NCBI GenBank assembly: GCA_002245135.1
Contig: NGBS01000042.1
Span: forward strand, 1 to 64,000
DNA length: 64,000 nt
Direction: 5' to 3'
From: Proteromonas lacertae
Lineage: Eukaryota
The first letter of the stretch is position 1. Every line of letters starts with the position of its first letter. Positions 1 to 14,769 of this stretch are shown one piece after another. Below the pieces are notes generated by a model. The model did not search any database. It saw only the letters and a list, made by a program, of their open reading frames with translations, and was not told where the DNA came from. The position numbers were made by a program, and so were the translations under genes.

Positions 1-3000
1 TGTATATTTTAATATATATTTAAAATAGTATTGAATTAGGATCTTTCCCTAGTCAAAGAATTATTCCATATATTTCATACTTTATGTCTTACTTCAATCC
101 AAATACAATGGTATTAGTAAGTCATACATTAGTTGGTACAGCTGAAGATACATTATTGAATAATACAATTGAAAATATGGGTGGTTTTATTAAGAATTAT
201 ATCGTTATTAATGAATCAAATGTAGAAACTGCTTTGGAAGATATTCAGAATTTCGTTAGTTCATATAAATTATCAATTCCTGATGGTGGTGTTTTCTTAA
301 ACTATTTAACTAATCGAGAATGCCATGATGAAGTATTTAAAGTCTACAATCAATCAATGATGAATATATAAAAGTGTAGAAGAAGCATCATTAGATTTCC
401 CTATAATCAGTTGGCAAAAGAATATTTCATTGATTTAGATCCAAAGTTAAAAGTTGGTCATTATGTTATTGCCTCTTTACATGCTGATGAAACAACAGCA
501 CCTAAGATTCAATGTTGGTGTTAATCTCTTTGGTGAAAATTATTTTTCAAAGTGAATCTAGAGCAATAGTAGCCTATGAAATATTAATTGAAGTATATAT
601 TTCAACTCAAGATTTTAGTAAGGATTCTGTTTACAAATATATTAATTCTGATAAGTTGTCCACATCATTTGGTGAAGTAGAAATATCAGAAGATGATACT
701 ACAATTCCATTCCCAATAACTACAGTTACAAGTGATATAAATGGAGATTTGACTATCAAACAAACACTGACACTTGATTGGCCAGCTGAAAGTTTCAGAC
801 ATACATTTAATTAGAACAATATACAATTTGTAGTAAAGAGAAAGGTAGTAATTATACATATTCCATCTATAAAAGTTCTTATTCTTAATCCCATTCTCTG
901 GTGATTATACTTTCTTAAGTAATGAAATGATTAATGGATATTTAGCTGCTGTAGATTATATTAATCAACATGATAAAGGTATTCATGGAATGATGGTTAT
1001 TCCTGAAGTTATTAACATTGCAAATTGATGTTGAAATTGCAAAGTATTCATTAGCAAGAGCTGTTAATGAATCAAAAACATTAATTGTCTTTGGATCATC
1101 CATTACAGAGATTAGAAAAAGAAATAATAGAAGATTTGGAAGATAATGGACTGATTTTATTCTATCCATTCTTATATGAAGGTTATGAATGTAGTAAAAA
1201 TATTATCTACATGAATTCACCATTTACTGAATATATATTACCAACAATATCTTATGTCTATAGAAGTTTAAGTAGTGATATATTTATACTATACACTGAT
1301 AATGAAAGAAACTCAATGGATGCTGCAAATGCAGCAGAAGAGTTAAAGAAAAGAGGTATAAATGTTATTAGAAGTTTAAGAATACCAGTGGATCAATATC
1401 AAATGAATATTATATTGAATATCATTGTTAATGAAATGAAACAAGGTGTTATATTGTCATTCTTAGAAGGAGATTCCAATTACTGATTTCTTAATAGAAT
1501 TAAAGTCAAAATATAATTCTGACACTTATAAAGTTGTTTTCATTTAATTTAGAATTATCTCAAGTGATAAATGAATCATTATGGCAGTATTATGATGGTC
1601 ATTATTTCGTGAATGGTTTACATAAAGAATTATTCAAAGATAAAACAATCATTGATATTGCAAATAATCGTTATTCGTTTATTACAGAACAACCTGCTCC
1701 ATTACCATTATTATCTGTAGTGATAGCTGCAAGAGCTTTAGGAAGTGTAGAATTCAATCAAAGTGAAGAAATACCTTATACATTTGATGCATTCTTTGAA
1801 GCAATTCATAAGGTTGATGTTAGTGATATTGTTGAAAATGTAACTATTAATTCTAATAATCAATTATCATTCTATATGGATTTAATTAGAGTAACATATA
1901 ATGCCAGAGGATAAAACTCATACTGAAGAAATCATTATAAATATTAATCATAAAACTGATATAAATCCATATTCTACTCCAATACAATAATAATGGAAAT
2001 ATGTATTATTGTGAATGGAGTGTTAAAGCTAATACCACTGGTAGTAAATTAAAAAGTAATAGTAGAAATGTCGCTTTATTATATGCAATAACTGGATCAA
2101 ATAGTGCTCATGAATTACTGACATTAGATGTGATGATTGGTGAAATTGATACAATGAATATCTTAAATGAAATAGAGAATTTAACTTTGAATTATATAAT
2201 ATATGATGTAAGTGTAGAAAGTGAAATTGAACAGAAAGCTATTGAAATTGCTAAAGATCCTTCAATTGTATTAGTAATAGGATGTTCTAACAATTACTGT
2301 AGAAAAACTGTATCAGAAGCATTTGAGAAAAACTACAGTAGAAGGAGTAGAAAAAAAAGAAATTGTGGTATCCAGCAACATCTGAAGGACAAGAATGTAA
2401 AGAGAATGTATATTATACAGGTTTAGTTCCCAATTTATATGCTAAACAGTTATCTTCATTTATTGATCAAACATCTGTTGCTAATAACATATTTTTAATT
2501 GGAATGAATGATGAAAGTGATAAAGTGGTTCATCAAGTGTTTTATTCAATATTTAAAGATTTATATACAATGATTGGAGAACCTGTTTATGTATCTAGTG
2601 GTAAAGGAACAACTTATACATATGTAGATGATTTAATCACTAATCATGCTGAAGGTGCCATTGTTATTAGCACTTTAGATTATGAAACAACAATTGATTT
2701 TATTAATTATTTTGATACTATGGTTTATGAAGAGAATAAATACATGATTGTGACTATTACACAAGATAGAGATATTACTACTTCATTAAAGTTAACTGGA
2801 GGATTTGTTCAGAATTATATTTGTGGTTCATTCTTTGATGAAATAGCTCCAGAATGTGATTATTTAAAATCAGTTAAATATCATTATGGTAATGTAATAA
2901 CAAATGAATTAGCTCATAGTTCATATTTAGCATTGAAGTTCTGGGCAAAATCTCAATTACCCAATTCACAATTATATTCTTCTGAGATTAGTGGTTGTAC

Positions 3001-6000
3001 TAGTGCAGTGATGATGTTTTCAAGTAACCATATTTCATTGCCATATTATATTATGCAGATCAATAAAGACTTATCATTAACAGTAGCATACAGTCAAACT
3101 AGAATACAAGAACCTCAAGCTTGGAATTGGGAAATTGAAGGATTTGATGGTAAAATTTGTGATTTCTCTAATGCTAATGTTGGTAGTATAGGTAGTGTTG
3201 ATACAATTACAGTTGTTGTTGCTTTATCAGTAAGTGGCTCTTATAGAGATTATGATATGTATGTGTTGAATATTTTTGAATTATTAATATCAGAAATAAA
3301 TAATAGAAATGGTGGTTTATTAGGAACAAGAGTTATTGTTCAATCTTATGATATTGAATCAAATGATAATACTTGCAATGTTTTATTATCTGCATATTTG
3401 GAACAAGTTATTAAAGGAAGAGGTGTTATATTTACTACAGCTACAAGTGCTTGTATTCAATCTATTGCAGAGTTATTACGTGAGAAAGATATTCCATTAT
3501 TCCAAGTAGGTTATACAGGTGGTGAATCATGTTATGAAGATGTGTATAATGCGATGAAAGAACCCAGTTTTATTGATAGAATTATTGATTATATTATGGA
3601 ACCTACACAGCCAGAACATTGAACTTTTGTACTATTACAACCAATGATGAAATTGGTATTAGTTATTATAATTATATTACAAAATATTTGAATTTTGTTG
3701 GTGCTAATAGTTTATATACAAATAATGCTATTTCTTTAGATATTGAATCATTTGATGAGATTGTTAATATATTGATATCAAAAGCTAAGAATGGTTGTTA
3801 TTTGTTATTTGTTGGTCCTCCAAATATTCATGTGTTATTGGATAAATCAATTACATCTTTAAGTTCAGATTATAAAAGATATCCAATTGTATCATTTACA
3901 ACTGCATCTAATGCTGGTGCTGAAGGAGTTAAACCATTCTATTCTGCTCAAACATATTTCACTAATTTAGATAATCCAGAAAATGTTGCTTTTAAAGAGA
4001 ATATGTTATCTTTAAGTACTTATGCTACTGAGATTATGTATACAAGTTTTGTAATGTGTAATATCTACTTACAAGCAGTTCATGAAGCTGAATCAACTAG
4101 TTCTGATGCATTAAGAAGTGTATTGTATAGTATAGATTATAAATCACCCAGTGGAGGAAATGTTAAAATGTTTACCAACAATTTCATGGAGCAATATATT
4201 GGTGTATGGCAAATTAAAGGAAAATGATCCAGAATTTGGTTTTGATGTTATTTTTACATCAGCTGAACTTCATGAGCCGCAAATCTATAAACAATGGATC
4301 AACGATGGTAGTTATATATGTAATTTTGAAGATGCATCAATTGGTGATTATTATCAAGAAGCAACTACAACAATTGGTGTTATTACTTCATTTAGTGGTG
4401 AATATAATACAACTGAAAGATCAATTGCACAAGGTATTATTGTCGCAGTTGATGAACTAAATGCTAATGGTGGTATACTAGGAAAGAAAATACAAATATT
4501 AATTAGAGATGCACAATCTAAAGCTGAGAAGTATTTACAATATGGTCAAGAATTCACAAGATTGGATGAAGTTACAGCTGTATTTGGTGCTGGTAGAGCT
4601 GAAATTAATGATATGTTAGTTCCATATTTTGATCAAAATAAGAAGTTATTCTTCTATCCTGGTTTATCATTAAGTGAATCATGTCCACAATATACATTTG
4701 GAACACAATTAACAATCAATCAGTTAGTAAATGGTGTATGGAAACAAATATTACCTTATACACATAATGTATATATTATACAAGGTGATTCTAAGTGGAG
4801 TTTACAGTTTAGTAATGCCTTGCAAGCATTGTGTAATCAGATACAATTGAATTTACATGTTTATAACTTGACAGAAATAATAGAAACTAAAACAGTTCCT
4901 GAAAGTTTTGATTATAAGAATTTAGATAGAAATTCATCTGTTATTTTAGCTGTGTCTGAAGATAATAATTATAAAGCATTTAATTGGTTATGTCCACTCA
5001 AAATCAACATGACTAATACATATGTTGTATCAATATCATTAGATAGATATTTGATGGAATATATCCCATCTGAATGTATGGCTAATGCTTATATTTTAAC
5101 ATCATTTATTAAAGAAATGGGTTTAGAAGAATCCGATAGTAATACATATCTATCAACAGCTACTGATTTTGTATCAACTATGAAAGATCGATATGGTAAA
5201 GATGTGATTATTACAGCCGCAATGGAGAGTGGTTATACATCTGTTAAATTATGGGCTGATGTTGTTGTTGCTTATACAATGACATTTGATACAGAGAAAG
5301 TAAGAACAGCACTCTATGGTTATACAATGATGGCTCCATCAGGAACAGTAGAAATGAATGGTGCTGGTATTATTAACAGAATTGTATATTTGTGTATCAT
5401 TGGTGAAGATAAATCGTTAAGAGTGACTGAATATGCATCAAATCCAGAACAAGCCGAAGCTTGGATTCATAATTTCCCTGAAAATGAAGGATATAAATGT
5501 GATTGGACAATTAGTGAGAGTAGATATAGACCTGATACATTGAAAATGATATTCTTCCATGAAACAACTCAAGCACAATTGAAAGAAGTAAATGCAATGA
5601 TTATTGAATATTCATTAGTTCAGGATATTAATTACAATGGAATAAATGGTTATAATATTGTACCAGTGTTTATATTTGCTGCTACAAGTGATGAATTTGG
5701 TAATAAAACAGCACCATATTTGAAAGATGATGAAGTTGTAGCATTCTTTGGATGTCAAACTAGTGTTTGTATGGATAATGCATTATCAGCAGCAAAAGAA
5801 ACTTCAAAGTTATATGTTTATTATGGTTTTACTGAAGGAAAAAGTTGTTATCCATACAGAATAGCAGTTGGTACAACAGCTTCTCAAAGATTCTTATCTG
5901 CTGAACAATATATTCATAAGCAAGGAATTAATAGTTTAATATTTATATCTGATAATAGTGAATTGATGAGTACTAATTGGGATATTGTTTATTATTATGT

Positions 6001-7690
6001 AAAAGAACATTACTCTGTAAATAAACAGACAATTTCTAGAATCACAATTGAAGAAGGAACAGAGAATGAAATCAATGATGCTATTAGTACAATATTGAAG
6101 AAAAAAGAAGATGATGAGAATGGTAGAATTGCAGTATTATATTATTTGACAGGTGAGATTAGTTTGAAGTTTATTAATACTTATATATCCAATTCAATCA
6201 ATAGTCGTGAAGTTTTATTAACCTTCTTAAACTTTGATAAAAATGATTATACTGATGATTTATTATCTCAAATATATGGTTCTTTAGTTGTACAAGGTTA
6301 TGAAGAATCATTATCAACTGCAATTTCACAATCTTTTGTTAGTGATGCAAAAGGTTATATTGGTATAAATACAGCAATTGATGATAATATCGAAGCAATA
6401 AAAGATTCATTTGCAATTTGGGAAGAATTATATCCAACAGCTGTGACTGATTCAGGCAAGATCTTACCTCCTTTAAGATATTTACAATTAACTGGTATTG
6501 GATTAGAAGTAGAAGTTCCTTCTGGTTTAGTTAAAGTAACTGAATCTTTCTATGTATCTCGTAACTCATATGTATTTGAAATTAATCGTAATGCGAAGTT
6601 TATTCAATTATTCCCATCAAGAGGATCAAATTCATTATTTGAACCAGAACCATACCCTGAAGGATTACCTAATGAATGTAAATATGGGAAAGATCAAGTA
6701 TATTTCAATTACAGTGTTACTATTCAAGCTGTTAGTTATACATTAATGGGATTATCTATGTTAGTTGGAATAAGTTGTTTAATATTTGTATTTATTCACA
6801 GACAACAAAGTATTATACGTACATTTGGTAGAGCTCATAACTTTGTAACAGCAATTGCATTAATATTTTTAGCATTTAGTTCAATTCCAATGTCTTTATA
6901 TCCAGCCTCTGATAATAGTGTTTGTGCTACAAGAGTGGTTGTATTAGGTTTAGCTGTGAAAAGTTTACTTGGGGCATTATTTGCAACAGAATCAAAATTA
7001 TACCAAAAACATCGAAGAATCAGAGGATCAATTCGTAAAACTAAAATCACAATATATCGAGTATTGAGTTTTTGGTTAGGTTTTATGATATTTGAAGCTA
7101 TATTGTTGTTAATATGGTTTACAGTAGATCCAAATGAATATGTAGGTACTTACAGTGTTTCAAATAGTAATTATTTCAATGAAGTATCAATAAGAGAATG
7201 TGAATATTCAACTCCATTTACAGTGATTGAATTAATAACAGATTTCTTACCTGCTGTAATATTAGTATTCATGTCAAATTCAACAAAGAATATTGCAAAT
7301 GAACATAATGATTCTTTAGGAATGTTTATCTCCTCAATAGTGATATTAGTACTTGGTGCAATAATGGTATTATTAGATTTCAATGTAAGTACTGAACCAG
7401 ATTCAGCTTTATTATTAAGATCAATGGGAATTCATTTAACAGCGATAATAGTTGGAGTATTACAATATGGTTTGAAATTAGTGAGTATTTATATCGATGA
7501 AGATGCAAAGAATGTTACATCAAGTGGTTCTGCTGGTGGAAATAGTGCTATTGGTGGCAGTTATTCAACTTCAAGAAATTCATCTCATAAATCGTTGAGT
7601 AATATGTCGTTTACAACTAATATGTCAAGAACATTTACAACTCAAACTAAAACACAAATGAATAAATTCGCTACTTTAACTAAACAGTAA
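1..7690 (+). CDS. Giant class C (GABA-B-like) GPCR with >=6 tandem periplasmic-binding-protein type 1 (AmiC/UrtA-like Venus flytrap) domains; 5' end lies outside the window; broken into ORF fragments by single-base indels in 1-4230
   Basis: Repeated PBP1 N-terminal motifs (e.g. TIGVITSFSGEYNTTERSIAQGIIVAVDELNANGGILG, TITVVVALSVSG...EINNRNGGLLG) and LFYPxxYEGxEC-like motifs recur every ~1.15-1.2 kb. The C-terminal 7TM region (~6720-7495) has class C features (HRQQSIIR, CATR, WFTVDP, TKNIANEHNDS), followed by a Ser-rich tail. Adjacent ORFs join by +/-1 shifts. Confidence 0.85.
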
Positions 7691-7973
7691 TTATGATTAC
7701 TATTATTATTATTTCTTCTTTTTTTAATGCTTTATTGTTTGAATGTTTTATTTATTCATATATACGTATTAAAGAATAGGTTCTTCATAGTTTCTCCCTT
7801 CAATGTATGAATTTTGATGTTTATAAGCGATAATGTGCTATAATCCTTATTAAGATGAGAATGATATAACAATATTAATGATTAGTTATTTGAAAGGTTC
7901 TTTATGTGAAAACCATAAATTTTCAATTTTATTTTGAAAAATGAATCTAAAAATAACCAATCAAAAGTCAAGA

Positions 7974-10900
7974 TGGTTTTGTTTTTATGGTTTATCTTAT
8001 CAATCACGTTTAATGGTGCGTCTCCAGCATCATATAAAAACATGAAGGTGTCTATAGAGCTTGATTCACGAAACACCTTCTATGTTTTACTAAATGGTTT
8101 CTATTACCGAATTCTAAATCCTAATGATTTTATGCTGACACAAGGGATGAGCATTAGTAGTTTTACAACCGATGAAATCGCCTACACTTCCAAGATTTTA
8201 GCTTTTGAGCATTTGAAAGAGCACCGCACAATGAAAAGTGCCATGACAAATCGGAGTTACAGTAGTGACTGGAATAATCCGTTATTTGGAAGAAAAAGCG
8301 TAAGGGTAGCCATATTGAGAGCAGTTTGGTATAGAGACAGTGATCATCCTTATATTTGTCAACCAATGGAATATATGGAAGATACACTTCAGCACCTTGA
8401 TCACGCTATAAGATTATGGTCTGGAAATCAGCTTGGTTTAAATATAAGTGGTTGTTATATATCTGAGTGTATAGATTCTATTACAGATGAAGAATATGCT
8501 GATACAGAACATCACAATGAATTAGTTTCTAAATGGTACGACAGATTACTAAGTTGGTATAAATGGCCATATGGAATGAAAAAAGAAGATTTTTCAACAA
8601 TTGCAATGGCATTTGGAGAGTTACATACTGTATGGAGTGGTGTAGCGAATGGAGCAAATCCTCTTCGTTGGTTTTCAGGTGAAGCAACCATGTTTGTATT
8701 TATGAATGCTGGATTTGATGGTAGTTTTTTTAAAGGAGTTTTTGCACATGAATCTACTCATAATATAGGAATTAACCATGCAGGAGGTGTTGCTGTATCA
8801 ATAACAGGACAATTGCTTAAATATGTGATTGATGCTAATTATGATGATTATGCTAGTTATATGGCAATTGGTCAATGGTATCAGCCAATTACTGCTAGAC
8901 AATATTACTTTGCGATTTGTGATAGTAATCCACAACCATGGACTTGGTTTAAATTAGAAGAAGAAGGTGTTTACACTATTAGAGTATATGCATTTGATCA
9001 TCCATATACAAAATATTTCTTTGGTGTTTTATCGCCATATCATGATGAAAATGAAGAATTTGATGGTGTTAAGATGAAATACACTTCAATGGCATTAGAA
9101 ATACCATTTTATAAAGATAGTATGGTTAGTAAACTTGATATGGAAGATTATCAATATATATCAACAATATTAGAATATCGATATACAGCAGAAGGACAAA
9201 TGGCATGGAATGCTAGAAGTATAAGATGGATATTGGGACCCGTTATACAAGCTGATGGAACGGCACATAATCCCGGTTGGCATAGTATATTAGATGTTGA
9301 TCTTGACAGAATGACAAGTAAAGAAAATGGTTATGGTGATGGTCAATTACCACTTGGTGTAACTTGGACTCCAAGAGATATTGATAAAGGAACAATGCAA
9401 TTTAGATTGACTAGAATACATCCAGGTACTTTAGAAAGAACAACATTTGAAGCAGTTGAAAGTGAAGTACAGAGAAAATATTATGAACCTGCTTATGTAG
9501 ATCTAGAAGTCACTTATAAACCGAATGTTCCATTTGTTAAACCAACAATTCCGCCAAAATTCCCAACCTATAAAACATCTTCTTCAATTATATCCTGTGA
9601 AACTGATGAATCTGCCAATAAAATGAATTGTAAAACTAATAGTAATGCATTTTGGCTTTATGGTGAAAGTGAAGGTGATAATAATCTTCCTCGAGTATAT
9701 AATCATAATGAACGTTTTATAGATGGAAGAAGAGTAATATCTATATATAATGGTTATTCTTTTGCATTTTATTATCATTGTTTTGGTGAATCAATTAATC
9801 ATCGATGTATTAATGTCACAGTAGAACCAGCAGATAATGGTAAAATTTATTTTATAAATAGTTGGTATGATAGTACTATATCAGTAGGACCAAACAAAGA
9901 ATCTCTAGAATTCAATTTTACAGGAAATTCAATATTTATTGCTATTCCATACAATCAATATGCTGTAACTGTTGGTGATATGTCTGGAAAGACAGTGGAT
10001 GTTACAAGTTTAATTCATGGAGCTATGGTGTTTTATAGAGTTCCAGATTTTAAAGTAGATGGATTATTTGAAGGTGTAGCAAGACTTTATGATGAAACTG
10101 GAGCTGTAATTGCTTATAAAAATTTCCCAATGATAAGAGCGAATAATACAGATCGAATTGCCTTTAGAATGAAAAGAGATAATAATAAATATGAGATTAG
10201 TGCTGCTGCAATTCCAATTGATAAATTTACTGCTCCAACATTCTTATTCAGTAAAAATATTAAAGCCAATGAAGAAATGTATTATCCAATAGTTCATCTA
10301 CAAGCGTTTGATTACTTTTACATTGATATTGATGGAAGAATTCCTGATGGTTTAAAAATTGAAGCGAAAGTTGTAACTGGTACAATTACATTCGATTTAA
10401 GCGGATTAAGTGGATATGAAGATATATCTTATAAAGTGTGGTGCAGAGATGTAATGGATGAAACGAAAGCGGAATGTGAATTTTACTCCTTTACATTCAA
10501 TAAAGATATAACATTATTAAGTATAAGAGAAGTATTATCAACTCAATATGGTTATCAAAGATCTAATAGAGAAGGTAAAACTGATGGATTTGATTTTAAA
10601 GGTCAAAGATATGGAGTAATCATAAATCCATCAAAAGTAAGATATATTCCATTCAAAAAGACAGTAAATGGAAAAGAATATGATTTTGACGTTGTAGATA
10701 GATATTATGAATTAGGAAACAATATAAAACCATCCGCTCCAACACCACCACCTAAACCATTGCCATTAGCACCTCCTAAACCAGATGCATTATCAAGTGA
10801 AGATATTGAATTTGTTATAAAAGGTGGTGATAATGAATACAGCAGTATTGTATTTAAATTACAAGATAAAGATCATCGAGTAGCAGAATTATTTAAGTAT

Positions 10901-13900
10901 TTAGAACCTGGTGAGAATAAAATGCAGTATAATCTAAAACATGATGATTATTATCTTGATTATGGTAATCATAAAGACACTAATAAATGGACTAATTCTG
11001 AATTAATAATCTCAGTGGTTGATGGTCCAGTATTATTTAAAGGAAGTTATCATGGTAGTAAAGTATTAGATCATACACATTTGATAATAAAGAATTATAT
11101 GAAAACTAATAAGAAATTAAAATATAGTGATACAGAACCAACTAATGAATACTGGAAAGAAGGAGAATATATAGATGATTGGAAAGATGGCAGTTTAAAA
11201 TTAGATTCATTAAAAGGCGTAAATAAAAGATATTATCATAAATCAATCGATATTAGTGAATCAATGGAAGATATAGCGTCATTTTATATGAAAATGAAGA
11301 TATGTGGAAAAGCCATATTATATATGAATAAAGTGCAATTCAAAGTGATAGAAAAAGAATGTAAAAACGATGATTATTTAGAAATCAGTGTTCAATCTCA
11401 TATAATGCATGAAGGATTAAATCATTTAGCAATAGAATTTGAGAATACCAACAATATAGAAAAAGATATATTTGAAATAAGTCATTTCTTCATGTTAAAT
11501 GTTGATTCTGATTCAATTAGTTTACCAACTACAGCACCTCCAACTAAAAGTCCATCTGATAATAAACTTATAACTGAAAATACAGAATGGGAATATACAG
11601 ATGATTATAATTATGGCAATTTGTGGACTTCATTCTATGAAACTGAAATGAATTATTGGAGAGTATCCAAAGAAAATAGTTTTGATAAGAAATCAGTAAT
11701 TTGTAGATACTATAGAACAACCTTTACAATCGAAAGTGAATTATCATTTATTGGTACTCCCAAGTTAGAATTGAAGTTTACTGAAGGAATAATTGCGTAT
11801 ATAAATGGATTTGAAATCTATCGATATAATTTAGAAGGAGGAAGAATCGAATGGAATGTGAAATCAATCAAATCGTTCGAAAATCCTAAAATAAAGAGTG
11901 TTTTTGTTCCATTAAGTGTGATATATAAAGGTAAGAATTATATCGCTGTTGAAATTCATGAAAATAAAGTAACAGCAGACAAAACTGATTCATTCTATTT
12001 AAGATTGGATATGACTGATCCAGTAGCTAACACAAAATTAATAACTCCAAATGCTGATGTATATATTAATCATTTTATGAAAGATGGACAGAATGTGACT
12101 AAACCAGAAGCTAGTGATTATGAACATATTGAAACAATGAATAAATTCAATTATGGAGGAAGTGAATCAGAAAAATTACCTTGGAGTACAACAATCTCAT
12201 TTAATAAAGATGAAGCAAGATATGCAAATTCATTTAGATTAGTTGCTTGTACAAATAATCCAGATACTCATCCGAAGAGTATAATTGTATACGGATCAAC
12301 TGATAAAGATAATCCAAGCTGGGATGAAATATACAGAAATGAAGATTTAGATTTTTATGTTTTTTCATATACTGACGAAGTCAGTAGTTGTCTTGATGAA
12401 CTGATAGTTACAATTCCAACTTATAAATCCTATGAATCATTCAAAGTAACAATTGTTAAAACTCGAAGTTACAACGGTTGGATTCAATTCAGATTAATTA
12501 CATTTAATCAAACAAGACCAAATATATGTAAAAGTGTAGGTGAATTTCCTAGTGCCTTTGAATATAGCAATGTAAAAGTTGGTTGTAATGACTTTGGCTA
12601 TAAGATTCGAAAATGTAAAGAAAATGGATATTGGGATGATAATATTGATGAAAGTATGTGTAATATTCCAACACCAACAACACCAACTCCTCCACCAACT
12701 CAAAGTCCATCCGATTTTAGTATAATAACTGAGAATACTGAATGGGAATATTCTGATGATAATCAGAATGATCAAGTATGGAATTCTTTCTATAACAGTG
12801 AAATTGATAACTGGAAGAAATCTAAAGAAAATGGTTTTGATAAGAAATCAGTAATAACTCGATATTATCGAACAGATTTTACAATCGAAAGTGTTTTGAT
12901 GTTTGTTGCCTCTCCAAAATTAGAATTGAAGTTTAGTGGAGGAATAATTGTTTATATAAATGGCTTTGAAATCTATCGATTTAACTTAGAAGCAGGAAAG
13001 ATTGATTCTAGTATGACAGCCATTAAATCGTATGATAATATAAAATCCAAAACATTAATGATTCCTCTAAGTGTAATTTATCAAGGAGTGAATTATATAG
13101 GAATCGAAATACATGAGAATCAAGAAATAACAGATAAAGCTGATTTATTTTCTGTGAGATTAGGAATAACTGATCCAGTAGCCAAACCACAATTAATGAC
13201 TCCTAATGCTGATGTGGATATAAATCATTTTGCAGCTAAAGAAGGGTTAAACTATAATAATGTTCAAGATGTTCATGATGATTATGAACATATTGAAACA
13301 ATGAATAAATTCAATTATCCAGGTAGTGAAAGTGATGTATTACCTTGGAGTACAACAATCTCATTTAAGAATGATGAAGCAAGATATGTGAATTTATTTA
13401 GATTAGCAGGATGTACAAATGATGCTAACACTCATCCGAAGAGTATAATTGTGTATGGTTCAACTGATAAAGATAATTCAACATGGGATGAACTATACAG
13501 AAATGAAGATTTAGATTTCTCATTCACATCACTTAATGAAATAATAAGTTGTCCTGATCAATTATCAGTTGAATTCCCAACTTATAAATCCTATGAATCA
13601 CTCAAAGTGACAATCGTAAAGACAAAAAAATATGGTGGATGGATTCAATTCAGATTAATTACATTTAGTCAAGCGAGACCAAATATCTGTGAGCCTTTAG
13701 ATGGATTTCCAAGTGCTTTTGGGAATAGTGTTGTAAAAGTTCGATGTAGTGAATCTGGCTATATAACTAGAAAATGTAAAGAAGATGGAAATTGGGAAGA
13801 TAATATTGATAAAAGTATATGTAAAGGTGAAGTAATAATTCCAACAACACCAATTCCAACTACTCGAAAGCCTATTCCAAGACCAACTACAATGAAACCA

Positions 13901-14602
13901 ACTGGAGTAATTCCAACAGTAATAGAACCAACAACAATAGAACCAACAACACCAAAACCAACAACACCAAAACCAATTGATTTAATTGATATTGAAATAA
14001 AAGTATCAAATATTAATGAGAATGTTACATCTGAATTGAATGAGAATGATAAAAAGATAATGAAAGATTCAATAATAGAAATATACAAAGTTAAAGGAAT
14101 AACATTGAACAGAGAAGAGATAGAAGTTATACAGAATAGTAATAATCGAAAAATGTTATTGAGAAGATTAGATAATGATATGATAATTGATGTGATAATC
14201 ACAATACCAGAATCATCATCCAAAGAAGAAATTAAAATAATAGCTGAAGCATTGATTGGTAAAGATACATTACAAGATGAAATCAAATCAAGAATTAGTG
14301 AATCTGAAACAACAATATATAAAGATGCAGATATTGATGTTATTAGTGTAGATAATCCTGATAATAATGAAGATGAAGGTGGTTTATCCACAGTTATGTT
14401 AATAGTTATAATAGCTGGAGGAGTAGTAGTGTTACTGATAATAATCATTGCCATTGTTTGTTGTATATTATGTAGAAGCAGAAAAGCTGAATCTCATCCA
14501 TCAAAATCTAAATCTAAATCTAAATCTGCACAACCAAATCCAGTTAATGTAGCAGCAGGAGTAAATAGACCAAAACCACCAGCAGTAGGATATAAAAGAT
14601 AA
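7974..14602 (+). CDS. Large type I membrane zinc metalloprotease (metzincin, gametolysin/M11-like) with duplicated beta-sandwich modules, mucin-like stalk and TM helix
   Basis: Signal peptide from ATG 7974 (MVLFLWFILSITFNG). HESTHNIGINH (HExxHxxGxxH) at 8747-8779 with a downstream Met (YDDYASYM). Two 385-aa repeats, a PT-rich stalk, TM helix (VMLIVIIAGGVVVLLIIIIAIVCCIL) and a short basic tail. Intronless. Confidence 0.8.
11549..13825 (+). repeat. Intragenic tandem duplication, period 1155 bp (385 codons)
   Basis: SPSDNKLITENTEWEY...WDDNIDESMC versus SPSDFSIITENTEWEY...WEDNIDKSIC, with long identical nucleotide stretches such as gattatgaacatattgaaacaatgaataaattcaattat. Confidence 0.95.
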
Positions 14603-14769
14603 AAAGGAAATCAAATATAAAACATTTGCTTTTAATATATTATACTTATTATATTAGTATTAGTAAAATGTTTGTATATTTAACTTCATAATAACTCTTC
14701 TTTTAATGAATTAATTTTAAATAATCAACAGAGTATTATCTGAATGATAAAATTCATATTCATTATTAT

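Noticed and set aside
1000..4230. Stop-codon reassignment (apparent in-frame TGA/TAA in the receptor gene)
   Set aside because: Homology continues in a different frame rather than through the stop. TAA, TAG and TGA all terminate intact genes here (dynein TAA, SF3B3 TAG, ZIP TGA).
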